Source: Marsupella aquatica (lineage: Eukaryota > Plantae > Marchantiophyta). From it: a stretch of DNA of 64,000 bases. Numbering within the stretch: position 1 is the first letter of the stretch; every line of letters starts with the position of its first letter. The notes beneath the pieces were generated by a model that saw only the letters and a program-made list of their open reading frames with translations, was not told the origin of the DNA and did no database searches. The stretch lies in NCBI GenBank assembly GCA_973895155.1, contig OZ316898.1, positions 8,047,079-8,111,078 on the forward strand, in the 5' to 3' direction. Shown piece after piece: positions 28,755 to 42,497 of the stretch. Made by a program: the position numbers and the translations under genes.

Positions 28755-31700
28755 TTATTCACCATATTCACCATATTCACCATATTCACCAAGGCCAGTA
28801 TTCTTATAGAATGCCCTAGAGAAGAACTTCACGTCAATATCGTCATTAAAGAAATTATTGCTTAACCAGATCACCCCAAATAGTGACGCTATAAACAAAA
28901 TCGCGAGTTGAATCCTTACTTCAAAGTAGACCACGTCAAGATCTGTATATTCACCATGTTCAAAATGAAAATGCACCTGGCAAAGGGCCCTGGTAAATCC
29001 TGTAACAATCATAGAGTACCATATGCCAAGGCCAACAGCAGCTGCAGCCCTAGAGAAGAGTTCCCCCGTCTTGCCCGATGCAGAAAATAGAGAATTTTCT
29101 GAATGAACCAGCCTGTTAGTACCAACAAAACAAAAATTAGCCACAAATATCCTTATATCAACGTCACAGGTTTCCAATGACCTCTGGGATGATGTCTCAT
29201 CTTCGATAAACATTGATAAAGAAAACACTGCATCAACGAATAAGTGTTCTTTAAATCTACTAAAGTACCGAAACATGACAGCAATCAAATTAAGTAAAAA
29301 ATGGCACAAGATATACTTACAGATACCAAAACTGCTTTATCAAGTCTAGATTTGATTGCTCCTTCTCAGTGCTACAGTTCCCACCCTTGTCTACAGTAAT
29401 ATCCACAATCTTGAGGTTTTTGGAACTATACGTGCAAGGGTAGGTCCCATTAACCTGCATCCCCAGGGCCACAAGACTGCTGAGAAAGCCAACGTTTATC
29501 GATGGCAACTTAAGGATACTTATTGAACTCATTTCAACGCGGTGACATCCCGCATTGCAGAATCTCATCCAAACAAAGGTCATTAGCAACCGACCTCCCA
29601 GCCACCAGGATGGTCTTCTACAGTCCTCAAAGCATAGAAAGACACTGCCAACAATGCCCAAAGGGAGCTTCGGCGAGTCAGTCACACACCTCAAAAGTTT
29701 CTTTGGTTCTCCAAGCGGATGCAAATGTAGGTCTGCATGTTGAGGAGACGGCCCCACTTGGTACCTCAACATTGGCTAGTACGACCGATGTAGAGGTACG
29801 TGGCATGTATTCAACCTGTGCATGAGAACCAGAGTGTAATCAATACTCCGAGCTGAAAGCATCCTCCTTGATATCCACAACAACAATAAACCCGTTGATC
29901 TCACCATTCCTTACAATCATTTCAAACAGAACTCCCCAGTACTCCAAATCTGAATGCAGCCACTCCTTAGGGCTTAGAAAATTCCTCACTACCTCTGTTC
30001 GACACATAAGAGATGTTGTTGCATGGAGGGACCTTAAGACAGGCAAGTAGGATTCCAAACAAGAGAATCGATTTGATCTTGGAACCACTTCGCAACGAGC
30101 TTAGTCCTCAAGGACCGAATACACAAACACCTGACCTGAAGTTGAGAGTCTGATTTTGTAGAGATTGCCAGTACTCAGGATGTTTCTGCTTGTATTTAAT
30201 ATAATTCTTCAACTGCCCTCTGTTGTGCATTACAAGAGTCTTCCCTACAGTTTGATAAATATTAGGCAACCGTGTCTCTCAGACTTACAATAGCCCTAAA
30301 CTTCCAGCCTGTGTTACAAGCATGACAATTCGATCACTCATTGCAACTCCAGTGAGCCGCCCCATTTTCACTCCTTTCATTTCCTCCCCTTTTCTTAGAA
30401 TACCCCGATATGATGCTCCAGAGAAATTGAGAGAATTAGGATCCACTTTCCCAGATAGCGCAAGTAACTTTTCCATGAAATGGCTTGCTCGCTTGAAAGT
30501 ACACCTTCTCTTCTCAAATTAATCTCTATGGCGAGCAATTACTTCCGTAGATGAGTACTAGGAAAGATTTGTTCTCGAGATATTTATGGAAGAAGCCTAG
30601 CAAGGGACTTTAATATCGGTTTCTGCAGCACTTCGATTGTGATCCAGATGCAAATTTAACCCAAATCGAGTAAAGACTCCACGTCACCTTGAACACTGAC
30701 GACCAATAGTAGTCCCAGGAACATCTAAACTTGGATGGAGCATTTGAGTTTTGCCTGCTCTTTTGCAGATGTGCCAAATTGCCACCTTCGCATACTTTTG
30801 TCGACCGGATATCAACACCTACACCAGTTGTTTGTACAAAAATTTAGTTTAAAAAACGTCACGCGGGCCCAGCTCGTCTTATGTGAAAAGCAATCCTTTG
30901 ACATAAGCAATGGAAACGTACTCGGGGGAAATGGCGAACTTTGAGAAATGGGTTAGCTTGCCGACTTAGAAATGAGCAAATATTAGAATAAAGATGAAAT
31001 CGACCATAAACCAATAGATTACTAACATAGGATGAAAATGGCAGAGGCTCGAAACACCAGTTGACCTGACGGCCTACTAAACACTCAAGAGACTGATGAA
31101 AATTTAGCATCTGTCAATGAAAGTGTAACAGTGACAGTCCTGTCCTTATGCTAAGTGTTTTCGATCTGAGAAAAACACAGTCAAAACTAGATTGGGAAAG
31201 AGAGTCGAAGTCAGTATGAAGGAGACTTGACTAATGTGTTTATACCGACTTTCTTAACTAATCAGATGATGACAAGACGATGCCCAAGCGATTTTTGCCT
31301 GACGTAGCAGCTCCTTGGACAACCAACAAAGGTCCAAATTATATTAGAAGCTGCAATCTGTCTAGAAGAATCCTTGACTATATTTGGGAGATTACCATTA
31401 TCAGAGTGTATTTCCACGGGAAAATTAGGAAATATAGAAGTGTACTCAATGCACTGCATGCATTCTCTCACAGAAAAGGTGATACAACGACTCGCAACTT
31501 CGAGGGCTCATTTATCGCATTCTAGACAATCATGACTCCCAGATTGGGAAGGCAATTGAATTTAATTCAATCCAATTTACCCAGAGAACAGTGAGATTGG
31601 ACAGTTGAGTAACACAGTAGCGTTCTGTACCTTTGGCCAGAATTCTGCAGTCAGCTGAGAGCCGAACTGCTTTGGGAGAGGGAGAGTAATTCTGAAGCGC

Positions 31701-31889
31701 GAACCCTGCCACCCCGACTAGAACACCAATCATGAGGGACAGCATGACCATGAACCCGCAGAGCAGCCACCACCGGCAGAGATGCACCCGCACCAAACGC
31801 CCTTTCCTGCACTCTCCCATACTGTGCCAGAGAGGTACACCAAGCATCAACAGCGCCACCGCCACTCCATACATCACAGCCTCTTCCAT
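28755..31889 (-). CDS. conserved plant transmembrane protein of unknown function (multi-exon)
   Basis: Exon 1 (31631-31889) has hydrophobic segments ending SADCRILAK. Later GT-AG-bounded exons give DLEYWGVLFE, VEYMP...VEVPSGAVSSTCRPTFASAWRTKETFE and VNGTYPCTY...NLDLIKQFWYL, then C-terminal hydrophobic segments. This resembles a plant family with 'YYWASVF.VEY...CRP.FG.AW..K..F.VN.TY.C' (recognised from memory). Internal exon structure is partly uncertain. Confidence 0.65.
28757..28790. repeat. 9-bp tandem repeat (ATTCACCAT) encoding (GEY)n at the predicted C-terminus
   Basis: About four units, ending at the stop codon of ORF 28755-29309 (-). Confidence 0.85.
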
Positions 31890-32360
31890 CCCTCCCAGCT
31901 AAGCCCACCTAGGGCTGAGCTTCCTGCCAGCAAACCGATCGAAAGAGCGACGATGCTCTCATGTTCAGATACTGAATTCTTTGTTCAACACCATCAATCA
32001 ATCAATTGACTACTGACGCAGAGGATCTGATTTCATAGATTGGCCTGATCCGATCAATTCGCTCGCTCTGCCGCTCTGGTCCTACACCGCTCCGCATCAG
32101 GAAAGCCAATTCTCCCGTTCAAATTCTTGGAAGTGGATTGGCAGACGAGACCGAAAGCAGAGAAAGAAAATAGATGCCTCCCAGAGAAAGCTCGATGGAC
32201 CCGAGGAGCAATGCATGAACATCGTCAACTGTAGGAGCGACGGCCGTAATCACCTACGCGCCAAAGCCCTCATTCGTTTGTTTGTGCTGATTAAATAACA
32301 AATTTTGAAAGCGATGACCACCTGCCCTGCGTAGAGCAATAGATCCAGCTCAATTCGTCT

Positions 32361-32391
32361 CTTCTTCTTCTTCTTCTTCTTCTTCTTCTTC
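32361..32391. repeat. (CTT)10 microsatellite
   Basis: Seen directly. Confidence 0.95.
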
Positions 32392-34180
32392 ACCGCCACC
32401 TCCTGGACATGTACCCTGCTCTTAGCCTTGGCAATCCCTGTCCTCTACTTTTTGCCTTGGAAATCGATGGACTCCAGTCCATGCCAATCAAATTTTATAA
32501 ACATAAACATAAAGCATAAGAACTTACGAAGGATGCTATGCCGCAAGGGCCGGAGCAGTACTCCCGTGCCGCAATTTTTCATTCACCATTCATTCGTCAA
32601 CACAGAGAGAAGGGGAAAAGAAGCTGTGGGATCGAGAAACTCGAAAATTTGCTCGTAATCTTCGTTCACAACAAAGGGCTCTCGATGTGAAAATCCTCAT
32701 CGCCTTTCAATTGCCACATGATTGCATCGGAGTTTCCGCCTCCAGTGGGGTTTTTCTGGTGTACAGAACCATGGGATAAAGTGCATTAGTGCAGTGGGTG
32801 CATTCCGTGGATAAGTGCAGACCAACAATCTAATCCCCAAAAATTAGGAGTGATTTGCTATGTAGATGCACCCAAAAAAATGCATGGGCAGGTCGACCTA
32901 ATTAAATGACCAAGTAGACTCACTACATGCACAAATATACAGACATAAGTGCAGTTATAACACATAAACTAAAAAGTGCAGTGTGCATCAGTGCAGGTAA
33001 ACCCTCACTAAATGACAAAGTAGAGTCACTAAATGACAAATACATAAGTGCATTTGTATCTATAAAATGTACACATGCATTTATGACCTATAGTGATACA
33101 TCCATAAGTAATATTTATTGATGAATGGAGCAAATAACATAGTAAAGTAGTTTGATGCATTTATCCACTTGAATAATGCCCTATGAGGGCTCATAAACTC
33201 GTACACCATATCATTGTCTAGGTCACCACACACATGGGACTCTAGGTCACACACTCTGATGTGTGTGATCTGATGGGAGCAGGCCTGTTTTTCGACCTGC
33301 ATTTTTTGTGATACTTCCTGCAATGAATTCTGCAAGATAGGCACTAACTTGGATCATCAAATTGGTCATCGAAATTCACAACACTGAAGACTGCCACTCT
33401 TATGCTCTTACAAAATCCATCCATGGTTGCCGGTGCCACTCCTTGCTCATACGAAACTCATCCATGGTTGCAGGTGCTGTTGTCAAATCTAGATAGAGAT
33501 CTGTTTTGATCCATAATTATGGCTCGATGTTGAAAGTGGACTGAAAGTTAAAAAGGTAAAAAGTTAGACATTTTTCCTGAGAATATGGCACTTCCCTTAA
33601 ACCTCTTAACATTCTGTAAGGGCCACTACAGGATCCCATCCAGGCATTATGGGATGCCCTAGCATGAGTTACGAGCCTCTGTTGTGTCAGGGCCTTAACT
33701 TATCACTATAGCAGGGGTGGACTGAAAACCTTACACAACGGTAACCTGAACACTAGAGAGAGATTACGGCACGGCTAAGTCCTCACATTGCTTGGGGGAG
33801 GGATGGCCAAAAACAAATGGCGATTGCGAGCAGCAGAGGGAGGGATGGCTGATGAAGTGCAAGTGGAGGGAGGGATGGCTAATGAATGTTTGGAGGAAAG
33901 TACACAAATCTATGAACAGGAATCTCAGAATTTAGAGAGAGGTTTGCAAAAGGCTCAACTGGTGGCTCGAAGAAAGCATTTGTTGGCAAAGAGATCAATA
34001 AACTTTTTGCTGAGACTCGTGGAAGCAGAGCTTGGCAAGCACTTGGACAATCGACTAAAGGATCTAGCAAGTAATTAAGGTGGAGGCTAACACCAAAGCG
34101 CAATTCATACTCATGGAGAAAACATTGACGGCAAACATTGGTTTGATTGTTAGCATTTTTTATAGGAATAACCAGGTGAG

Positions 34181-37100
34181 GGACTTTTTCCCCGTGACAG
34201 GAAACAGGAAACAGGAGTTATCATAACAGCAAAAATGATCAAAGATAACGGGAGTTTGTGCGCAATGCCAAAAGAAAATTCACACTTTAGGGACCCAGAT
34301 TACACTACAATTTGAATTGAGCAACTGTAATATATGTAACAGATACAATTATTATAGACAAATTATTATAGATAGACATCTTTACTAGTGCCAGAGATTT
34401 TCTACACATGAAGGCATGATTTGATAGTAGCTCAACAATGCTTGCAACAAAAATACTCACAAGAGCAATAGAAGAAACATCTAAATCCTAACCAAGTAAG
34501 TATTTGCAATTCTTGAGTGTTTGGATCTGGAATGTTATGCTCTCTCAAGCTGATCCCCCATTTAGCGCAAGCCATCTCTAGCTAGTGCATCTCCATAGAT
34601 ATATAAGGATAATCAATGAACTTGCTCTTCCCCTATAGATGAGATTGTCTTGTTGATTGAGTCTTCATCCCTTTGCTAAGCGTAGACACTCCATATATGG
34701 TGGTCCACCAAGAGGCAACGGATTGTTGTACAGAACATTATGACCAGAAAAACTGTTAGTTTCTCTATATATCTATCAATATTCACGCTCAAAACTACCG
34801 TGCACGACATCACAACTATATTAAGATTACAGCACAAAAGTTTATTCCTCTTTAAACACCCTAATTGTCATGCTCAAACTAACTTGAATGATGTTGAATC
34901 GTATTTTGATTTGTACGTCTAGTACTGACATACTATCGATAAAGGAGCACATCATATTAAGGGTTCCATGCATCTTCCAAAGCACTCCCTAAGAGACTGT
35001 GAATGTATGGATTGACCAAAGGTTAACATCCTCATGTAGAGTGATGTGAGTAAAAAAATATACTCTTGCTATCAAATGCAATACACTGTGGTCATTTGAA
35101 TGCTCTAACCAATGATGAGGAGTTTTACATATTGTAAACTTTGATTGAACTGCCTTAGACTTAGATGATGCTATGTTTGTTTTTGGTAGTAATAAGTCAG
35201 CAACCGTGACATTGGATAATATCAGTGATTAAAACGTAACTACTGATGATATAATATAGTAGCACCACAAACTAATATAATAAATTTGATCATTAAAGCC
35301 ATTGTTTTTGACCAAAATTTATAGCAGCGCCTAGCGCTTATCAAAATATATCCTTTAGGCTATAATCATTTTTATTCATATTCCCATAGTAGCACTCAAC
35401 GCCAACAAAGAGTCATCTTTGGTGAGGTCTCATTTACATAGATATTTCTTTATTACTTGCAAAATTGCATGACCTTCTAAAACATTCTTTAGTGCATTTA
35501 CCAACAATAACAAACACAAGAGATAAAAAGATAATACTATTAGTGAAATATGTGGTATATCAGTAAACAATCAAAGCTAATAGACTCAAAAAAATGTTTC
35601 TCTAGAGGGTTTGGGCCAGAGTCACATTACTAGTTTTTGGTACTAGTAATGTTCTTTTGTTTTTGTACATTTTTTTGCATAAAATTTCTCTTATGAAATT
35701 CTCAAAATGGTGCTATTATGGAGGATCCAAGCAAGGGTGACATTACTAGCTCCTAGCGCTAATAATGTTAATTTTTATATGGTCCAATTTACTAATTTTT
35801 TTCCATAAATACACTCAACATGATGTTATTTTAAAGGGTCCAAACGAGTGTGATATTACTAGCTCCAAGAGCTAGTAATGTTCATTCACTTTTATAGCCT
35901 TTTTTGCTTAATTTTTTCTCATAAAGATACTCAAAAAGTGTCATTTTGGAGGATCCAAACTGGTGTGATATTACTAGCTCCCGGCGCCAGCAATGTTTCT
36001 TCATGTTTTTACCTTTTTGCCTATTATTTTATATAACATGCTCAAAGTACTCTCATTTTGGAGGGTCAACGTGGGTGTGACATTAGTAGCTCTTGGAGCT
36101 AGTAATATTTCATCATTTTTGTTACTCTTTGCTTACTATTTTTTTGTAAACATGCACTCATATAGTGTCATTTTGAAGTGTCTTGGTGACTTGAATATTA
36201 CTAGCTTTCAGCGCTAGTAATATTTTAGATTTTTTATACTAATTTTAGCTCAATTTTTGTATAAATGTTTTTAAAATTATATCATTCTTAAAGGGGATCA
36301 AGCCAAGTAGGATATTACCAATGCCCGATGTTAGTAATATTTGTATTTTTAAAACAAAATTATGGGTTTATGTTTTTTATTTCTTGTAATTGAATCTTTT
36401 GCCAAATTTTGCTAAAAAATGATGGATATCTCTACACATGAAGGTGTCATTGATAAAAACACATACTATTTTTATCAATCAATACATCAAATAAATATGA
36501 TTTATGATAGCGCCTACCGCTATTATACATTCTACACAAGATTTTAAGACTATTGAGATAGCAATTAGGTACTAAATTAGGGATTATATCAAATTAATAT
36601 ATTAAAATTTTCTCAATTTTTTTTGCATTTGGAGCTATTATGAGATTTGTTTCTAGATTTAATCCAAGAGTTTAATCTTCATGACCCTTAAACATATTGA
36701 ATTAGGCCAATTTGTATAACAGAGTATGGCCTTACTATCATAGTTTTCTTGTTCTATACTAGATATTTTGGGGTTCACAAGAGGGCTTCAAACTCTAATC
36801 CTATTGTAGTCATAAACTTTTCTCATTTTCTTAAGCACCTCACCCTCCTATAAGAATAATTTAGAAGTAATTCTAAGAAATTTTGTGAAAATAACAACAA
36901 CCCACATTTATAGAATCAACAACTTGAAAAATATAATGATGTTTGTGGTTTGAAAAAAAAATTCAACAATAGTCAAATTAATATTGTCCCAGATTTTCTT
37001 GCGAAACAAAGATTGAAATTAGACTTGGTTTTGTAATTTGATCCCATTTGTGTGTCTATCCATCACATGGGTACAGAAATTTTTCTTATGGATGTGAAAT

Positions 37101-37940
37101 TATATCCATGCATTGATATTTATGTTCCAAAAGTTACAAAAATATCAATGGAATTTCCTATATTTAAAGTTTAGTTTAATTAGAAATTAGATTAAAAAAC
37201 AAAGTTCACATGAAGATTTTTTTGACCAAGACTCTGCCCTTCAGGTCAGCACTGTTTCAATAATCTTGATGATGATGTACACTTTAAGTCTCCTCCTTAG
37301 AATTCAAAGAGGATCAGATTTGGTCAAATGCAGGAAATAGGCACTTGGTTTATAGGGAAAATATATTGCATTTTCTAAGCGTTCAACAAATGTAGGAGTT
37401 TGTTGTATGTTAATTGTAAATCTTGCCACTATGTAAAGTCTATGATGGTATTTTGGCTAGCGTCGGGAGGGAGTGTTAATGATAACTCTTGCTAAAATGC
37501 TGATTATCCACTGAAAAATACAAATTACATATCTTCGAATAAACAATGCACATTGTGTTTGCCTAAGATGTGATGTAATTTTCTAATTATAACTCTTGCA
37601 ACTAATATGAAGACTTATTATTGTATTTTGGCTAGCGCTCGATGCTAGTAAACTTATCCTTGTGACAAAGTAGGGTTTGTTGAAGATAAAAAGCAATGGC
37701 CTGGATCATGCGTGGTACCGTTGTGGGCAAACTAGAAGGAGAGCGTGACGTAACTCTAGGTTTTGTAGATCTATTGCGTGATGACTATATAGAAAAAAAT
37801 AGATATCATAAAAAAAATATTTTTGGCTCTTGAAAATGAAACATTTTTTGGTTGTGAGCGCAAAAACTCCTGTTATCTTTCTTGATTTTTTCTGTTATGA
37901 TTTTTTTTGTTTATTGTTTTCTGTCATGGAGGTCAGGCCC
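34181..37940. mobile_element. degenerate or non-autonomous TIR DNA transposon, Mutator-like
   Basis: Imperfect TIRs of about 85 bp (left ...CCGTGACAGGAAACAGGAAACAGGAGTTATCATAACAGCAAAAATGATCAAAGATAACGGGAGTTTGTGCGC; right ...GCGCAAAAACTCCTGTTATCTTTCTTGATTTTTTCTGTTATGAT...CTGTCATGG). Flanked by CCAGGTGAG / CCAGGCGAG (7-9 bp TSD depending on end placement, one mismatch). Interior is very AT-rich with no intact transposase. Confidence 0.75.
35600..36345. repeat. tandem array of seven ~115-bp units, each with palindrome ATTACTAGC-N7-GCTAGTAAT
   Basis: Cores near 35626, 35741, 35854, 35969, 36081, 36195 and 36313. Confidence 0.85.
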
Positions 37941-40841
37941 AGGCGAGGCTGGTTAATTCTAGTCTCACCAAAGACTTCAAGGAGTTAGATGAACTTGTTT
38001 CTGATGTTGATGATAGCAGGATTGCTGGATTTCCAAGGACTCTCAAAAACCTGTCTTAGGTCACTCCTAAGACCTGTAAGTCTATTCTGGTGTCTCTAAA
38101 TGCATTGCCTGCTCATCAGAGGACAGTAATAGAATGGGCAAAGATTTTACGGCAAGCTGTTGGAGTCCTCCACAAGTGTTGCTAGAAATCGATACATAAA
38201 GGAGTAGTTCAGGCTCATTAATTTCTTTCTTTTAAAGTTGTCAGCTGGGGACAGTGGGTGGATGGGCGTTATCTTGATGTTAGTGTAAGAGCAAGATTCG
38301 TATCACAATTTGCTTACCACACCAAACAATTGTTAAGTTAGATATACCCAGCAGCATTGGCACTTGTATTCATAGGAAGTATGCTTGACGGTGGAGTGAC
38401 TGGCAATATAAGATGGAATGTTCCAGATTGTGCAAAGAGATAAATGAACGTATTTCATTGCTGACTTAGTGCATCTTGGTCAATTGTTGTTAGGCCTATG
38501 CTTTCTTGACATTTTTTGGTTTCTTGCTTTTCTTTTACATTCTTCCTTTGAACCCTAGTGACTGGCAAGACCAATCCTCATAGCTGTAGTTGGAGCTTTT
38601 TTGTAAGCTAGGGATGAAGGTGCTAATGAATAGCATGTAAATAATTTTATTGTCTATTGAAGTCTTTCTTCAAGAATCTTTTATATGTCAAATCTAGCTG
38701 GGATAGTTTTCTCTGCCTATGTGAAGCCTTTGTGTGTCACCCTTGAATCACAAATAGTCATTCATTGTACTCCGTGACAAAGTTCTTCCACAACCAAAAT
38801 GCGCGCACTGCAAAATTCAAATCTCTAAAATTCCCTGGCCTGAGTTCCTCAATTTCCCTACATCGGGAATATCTTTGTCTTCTTTATCTGGTCACAGACA
38901 ACCCTAGGGGACTTTGTCCACAGGGAGGGATGTTTAGGGTCTTTGACATGCACTCTTAGTCCTGTCTTTATGTGATAAATGTCTTGAGCGGGATTCAAAC
39001 TGGTTGGACTAATGCAGGTATTCCAGCCGGTTTTTTGTTGAGAGTTCTTTGAAATGGGCATTCTAGGAGAAGTTAAGTACAAACTAAACTTGGGCATGGA
39101 GATTCCTGACCGCTGAGTATCAATCAGCAGCATTAGAATTGGGTGAAGGTGCCGCTGCGGGAGTTCGTCAGGCTTGATCCATGCTTCGAGTAAGGTTTTA
39201 AAAATGGCCTTGTCTCATCTTTCTTGTTGCCCCTGTTTGCTATTTGGGAGGGAAGTGGTGGCTTGAAAGTGGATTTCTTAAATCAGATTTTCCACTGTTC
39301 TCTTTCACCCATCAGACCCATCATCTGAGATGAGAGATCTTAGTCCTGTCCCGTTCGGAATTGCAAGATATGACGGAGAATTGGAAGATGTGTTTCAGAA
39401 GGGAGAGAGAGAGAGAGTTGAATAAATTTGTTGGAGTCATTGGCCTAGTGCTTGGGTTTCTATTTTGATCACATCATTAATCACGTGGTAGCATGGTTTT
39501 CCGGCCGAGCATTCCTTCTCTATGGCCTAAGAGGACATTTTTGAAGCAAGTGAACCCCCTCCTCTTTTCTCTGCATTTTCCTACCCTCAGCAATTCAGAC
39601 GAGACAATTGGGTGACTCTGTCCAGATTATGAACACGCGACAAGGAATCGGAGGATGCTTTCGAGCAATAGAATTGAATGACTGCCCTTCATTCCTCTTC
39701 TCAAAGGGGAGTCTTTTGTAACTAGAGTATAGACGGTCATTTATCATCTCAGGCTTGACATGATCACGAGGCTCTCAGTCAGAATCCTGAGAAAAGGAGA
39801 GTTGGAGGAGAGGTTGAGAAGAGGGGGAGAGAGAGCTCAGCACTTGTCTTAGTCATCTTTAGTTGGGCTCAAACTCTGGTTGGGGACATCTATAGCACTA
39901 GGATCAGTCAAGAAGGCTGTGTTGGCCTCTTTTTGGTGCAGAATTCGTGAACAGATGAAGAGAGGAGAGATAACTTGAACACACGGGTCATGATTGTTGT
40001 CTCCTAGCCCAAGCGAGTGACCAAACGTTCATCTGAATTTAATTGATGCTATCATTTTGTCACTGTGTTTTTGACATAGAGAGGATAAGTTTTTTTCAGT
40101 AATTTTGTATAACGTCAGGTTCACATTGCAGATAGGAGGAATTCCTTGGGTTTTGCCCGGTGCATCGTCAGCAGCTATGTTTTGTAAGCAGCCCAGCTTT
40201 TTACTTTTGTACTCCTGAAGTAGCCGTGGAAAAATGGTACAACTGCAGCACAAGTCCAATCATGTGTGCTCCTACTTTGCTTCTGTAGCGGGTCCAACTT
40301 TTTCAATAGAGGTAGCTGGTATGTAATTCCAAAGCCCATCATCGAACTAAAGGTCATGACTATACTCAACCCAAGAACGGCAGTGTCACCTTCTTCGATG
40401 GTATTGAATCACAACCAATGCAATAGCTCCTGTTAAGCATCCGGGAAGAGATTTGGAGAGGGTGGGATTTTTTTTGCTTACTTTTAGGCTACAATTTGAT
40501 TCACCAGAGAACTGAGAAAATCTTTTTTATTTTTGCCCTGAAGTTAGTTCTTGTGAGCCTGGTATTTCCAAGAGATGTGTTGATCTATTCTTACCTAGAC
40601 CTTGCCCTCTTAGGGTATTGGGAAGGGAGTAGGATAGCTCAGTCAGAGCTTCACTTCTGTGAATTAATTGGTACAGTAGCTTAGACAGCTGCCATAGTGT
40701 TTGCAAATTTATGTTTGCTGGCCTTTTGATAGAATTAAATTGGAAAATTTTCCGTCTTCAATCCGGTATTGATGTTTGACAAAGGATGTTGTTGGAATCA
40801 TCTCTTCACATTATCTTCGCTCTGAATCTTCTCTAGGAATT

Positions 40842-41299
40842 ATGGGATGCCCTTTCCCACAAATCAACACTGTGAAGGCGTTACTATTTGACATCAACGG
40901 CACTCTGACAGATTCAGATCCTCTACTCTATGTGGCCTTCCGAGATATGGTTTAGTTTAATTTCCTTTTTCTTCTCCATCATTTTGCGTTGTGTCTATGT
41001 CTGATACATCTCTCATGCAGTAGAGCTCATGTGGTCAATCTTTCGTGTTTGTCTGTTTATTTTCACAAATTGGCAGAAAATTAAGGATTCAGTTATGTAG
41101 TTGGTGTGCAGGAAGGGTACATGGGAGGAGAGCCAATAACAGAAGAGTTCTTTAGTGCTCACATCAGTGGCAAATTCAACGCTGATATTGGTAGATTTCT
41201 CTTTCCTGATTGGGAGGAAAGTAGGCAAACAAAGTGGTTGGATGAAAAGGAAGTTCTTTTCAGGAATTATGCTACAACCTGGCTTCCCTCTGTCTCTAT
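40842..41299 (+). pseudogene. HAD-like sugar phosphatase (Sgpp-like), 5' two exons, truncated by an LTR
   Basis: Exon 40842-40949 reads KALLFDINGTLTDSDPLLYVAFRDM (HAD motif I, DxD altered to DIN). The exon from 41112 reads EGYMGGEPITEEFFSAHISGKFNADIG.FLFPD....KWLDEKEVLFR. The frame runs into the LTR at 41300. Confidence 0.8.
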
Positions 41300-42497
41300 T
41301 GTCACACCATTCTGAGTAGTGTAGTAGTATATCGTGCTATTAGAGTATGTATGTTTGGTATGAGTGCTATTGGAGCCGATAAGGTTCTGTCAGGTTTGTG
41401 TGAGAGGGTACTTCTCACTTGTGAGGCATTGAAAGGTCATCTTTCAATGTTGAGCCTTGGAGAGAGAGGAGCTTGAGTGTGGCTATGGTGGCTGTGAGCT
41501 CCGCTTGTGTAACATGGATTCCTTGAGTAGTGCAAGGTGCGTTGGCTTGACATACGTGTGTGATCGGATCGGTGCGGGATCGATGGGGTATTGTTGACCG
41601 AGATCGTTGTGCCGATTGTATGGAGATTACATTGAAAGATCACATTCGAAATCTGTTGTACGGACTGTGCGGACAGAAGTTCGATTGATTGAGTTGTCGA
41701 CGGTTCGTGGTAGCTCGGATCGTGTGTTGTTATCGAACAGATCGTTGGTATCTTGACCTGTATCGTTGTTGTCCGATCGGCTTGCTTCCCGATCGATGTA
41801 CAGATCTGTGATTGGTGACAGGTTTTGAGTTGGAGGTCGATTGATGATTCGTGGAGGAAAGCGAATGTTGAGTAGATGTTGGACAGTGGAAGTCGATCCG
41901 TGAGGCTTCAGATCCGATTGCCGGCTACTGTGAGGCTTCAGATCTGATTGTCGGCTACTGTGGGGCTTCAGATCTGATTGCCGGCTATTGTTGGACGATG
42001 TTGGCAAGGCGCAGGTGAAGCGACGGCTCTTTTCCTGAAGGAACGGAGCTGCCAATGCCCCGTGCGACGGTATCATCGTTTCAGTGAAAGAAACGAGGGT
42101 CAAAGGTGTTTAATCAAGCTGCTGCCAGTTCTGTGGAAGGGCTGTGTTTTTCATGAAGGAAATCGACAGTTTTCGGGAGCTTTTCGTGAAGGAAGTAGTC
42201 ATTTTTGGGGTCAGGTGTGAGGCGCACAAGGTCATCCATCCCGAAAGTGCTCACGCGAGGCGACGCGTGAGGTCACCCATCCCGAAAGTGCTCCCAACCG
42301 CAAGCGCGAAGTCACCCATCGTGAGCGCAGGCAGGCGCGAGGTCAAGGTCACCCATCCCGGGGCTATTCCGGGCCGTGAGCGCGAGGGGAGGCACAAGGT
42401 CGAGCGCGAGGAGGTCACCCATCCTGGGTCTATTCCCGGCCGCGAGCGCTTAACTGGCAAGTTCTCATCCCACCTTGTGTACACACAAGCTTTGACA
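41300..42497 (-). mobile_element. LTR family B, copy 1 (1198 bp, solo-like)
   Basis: Termini TGTCA...TGACA. The first ~330 bp are near-identical to copy 2. Internal 30-bp x3 repeat (41900-41990) and GGTCACCCATCC repeats (42229-42425). Flanks TCTAT and ACTTG do not match. Orientation is inferred from the GGTGTGACA end; the right end is inferred from the inverted terminus only. Confidence 0.7.

Larger units (their letters stand above)
33845..38185 (+). pseudogene. degraded coding sequence of unknown family, split by the TIR element
   Basis: Coding-like sequence on both sides of the insertion (MANECLEESTQIYEQ... and RLVNSSLTKDFKELDELVSDVDDSRIAGFP...) with stops. Removing the insertion joins NNQV to RLVNSS. 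Confidence 0.35.

Noticed and set aside
32790-33480. Repeated AAGTGCA motifs and a ~43-bp duplication
   Set aside because: Probably a decayed DNA transposon, but I could not define ends or a TSD.
35600-36345. CRISPR-like array (regularly spaced palindromes)
   Set aside because: The spacers are homologous to each other, the context is eukaryotic, there are no cas genes, and the array lies inside a TIR element.
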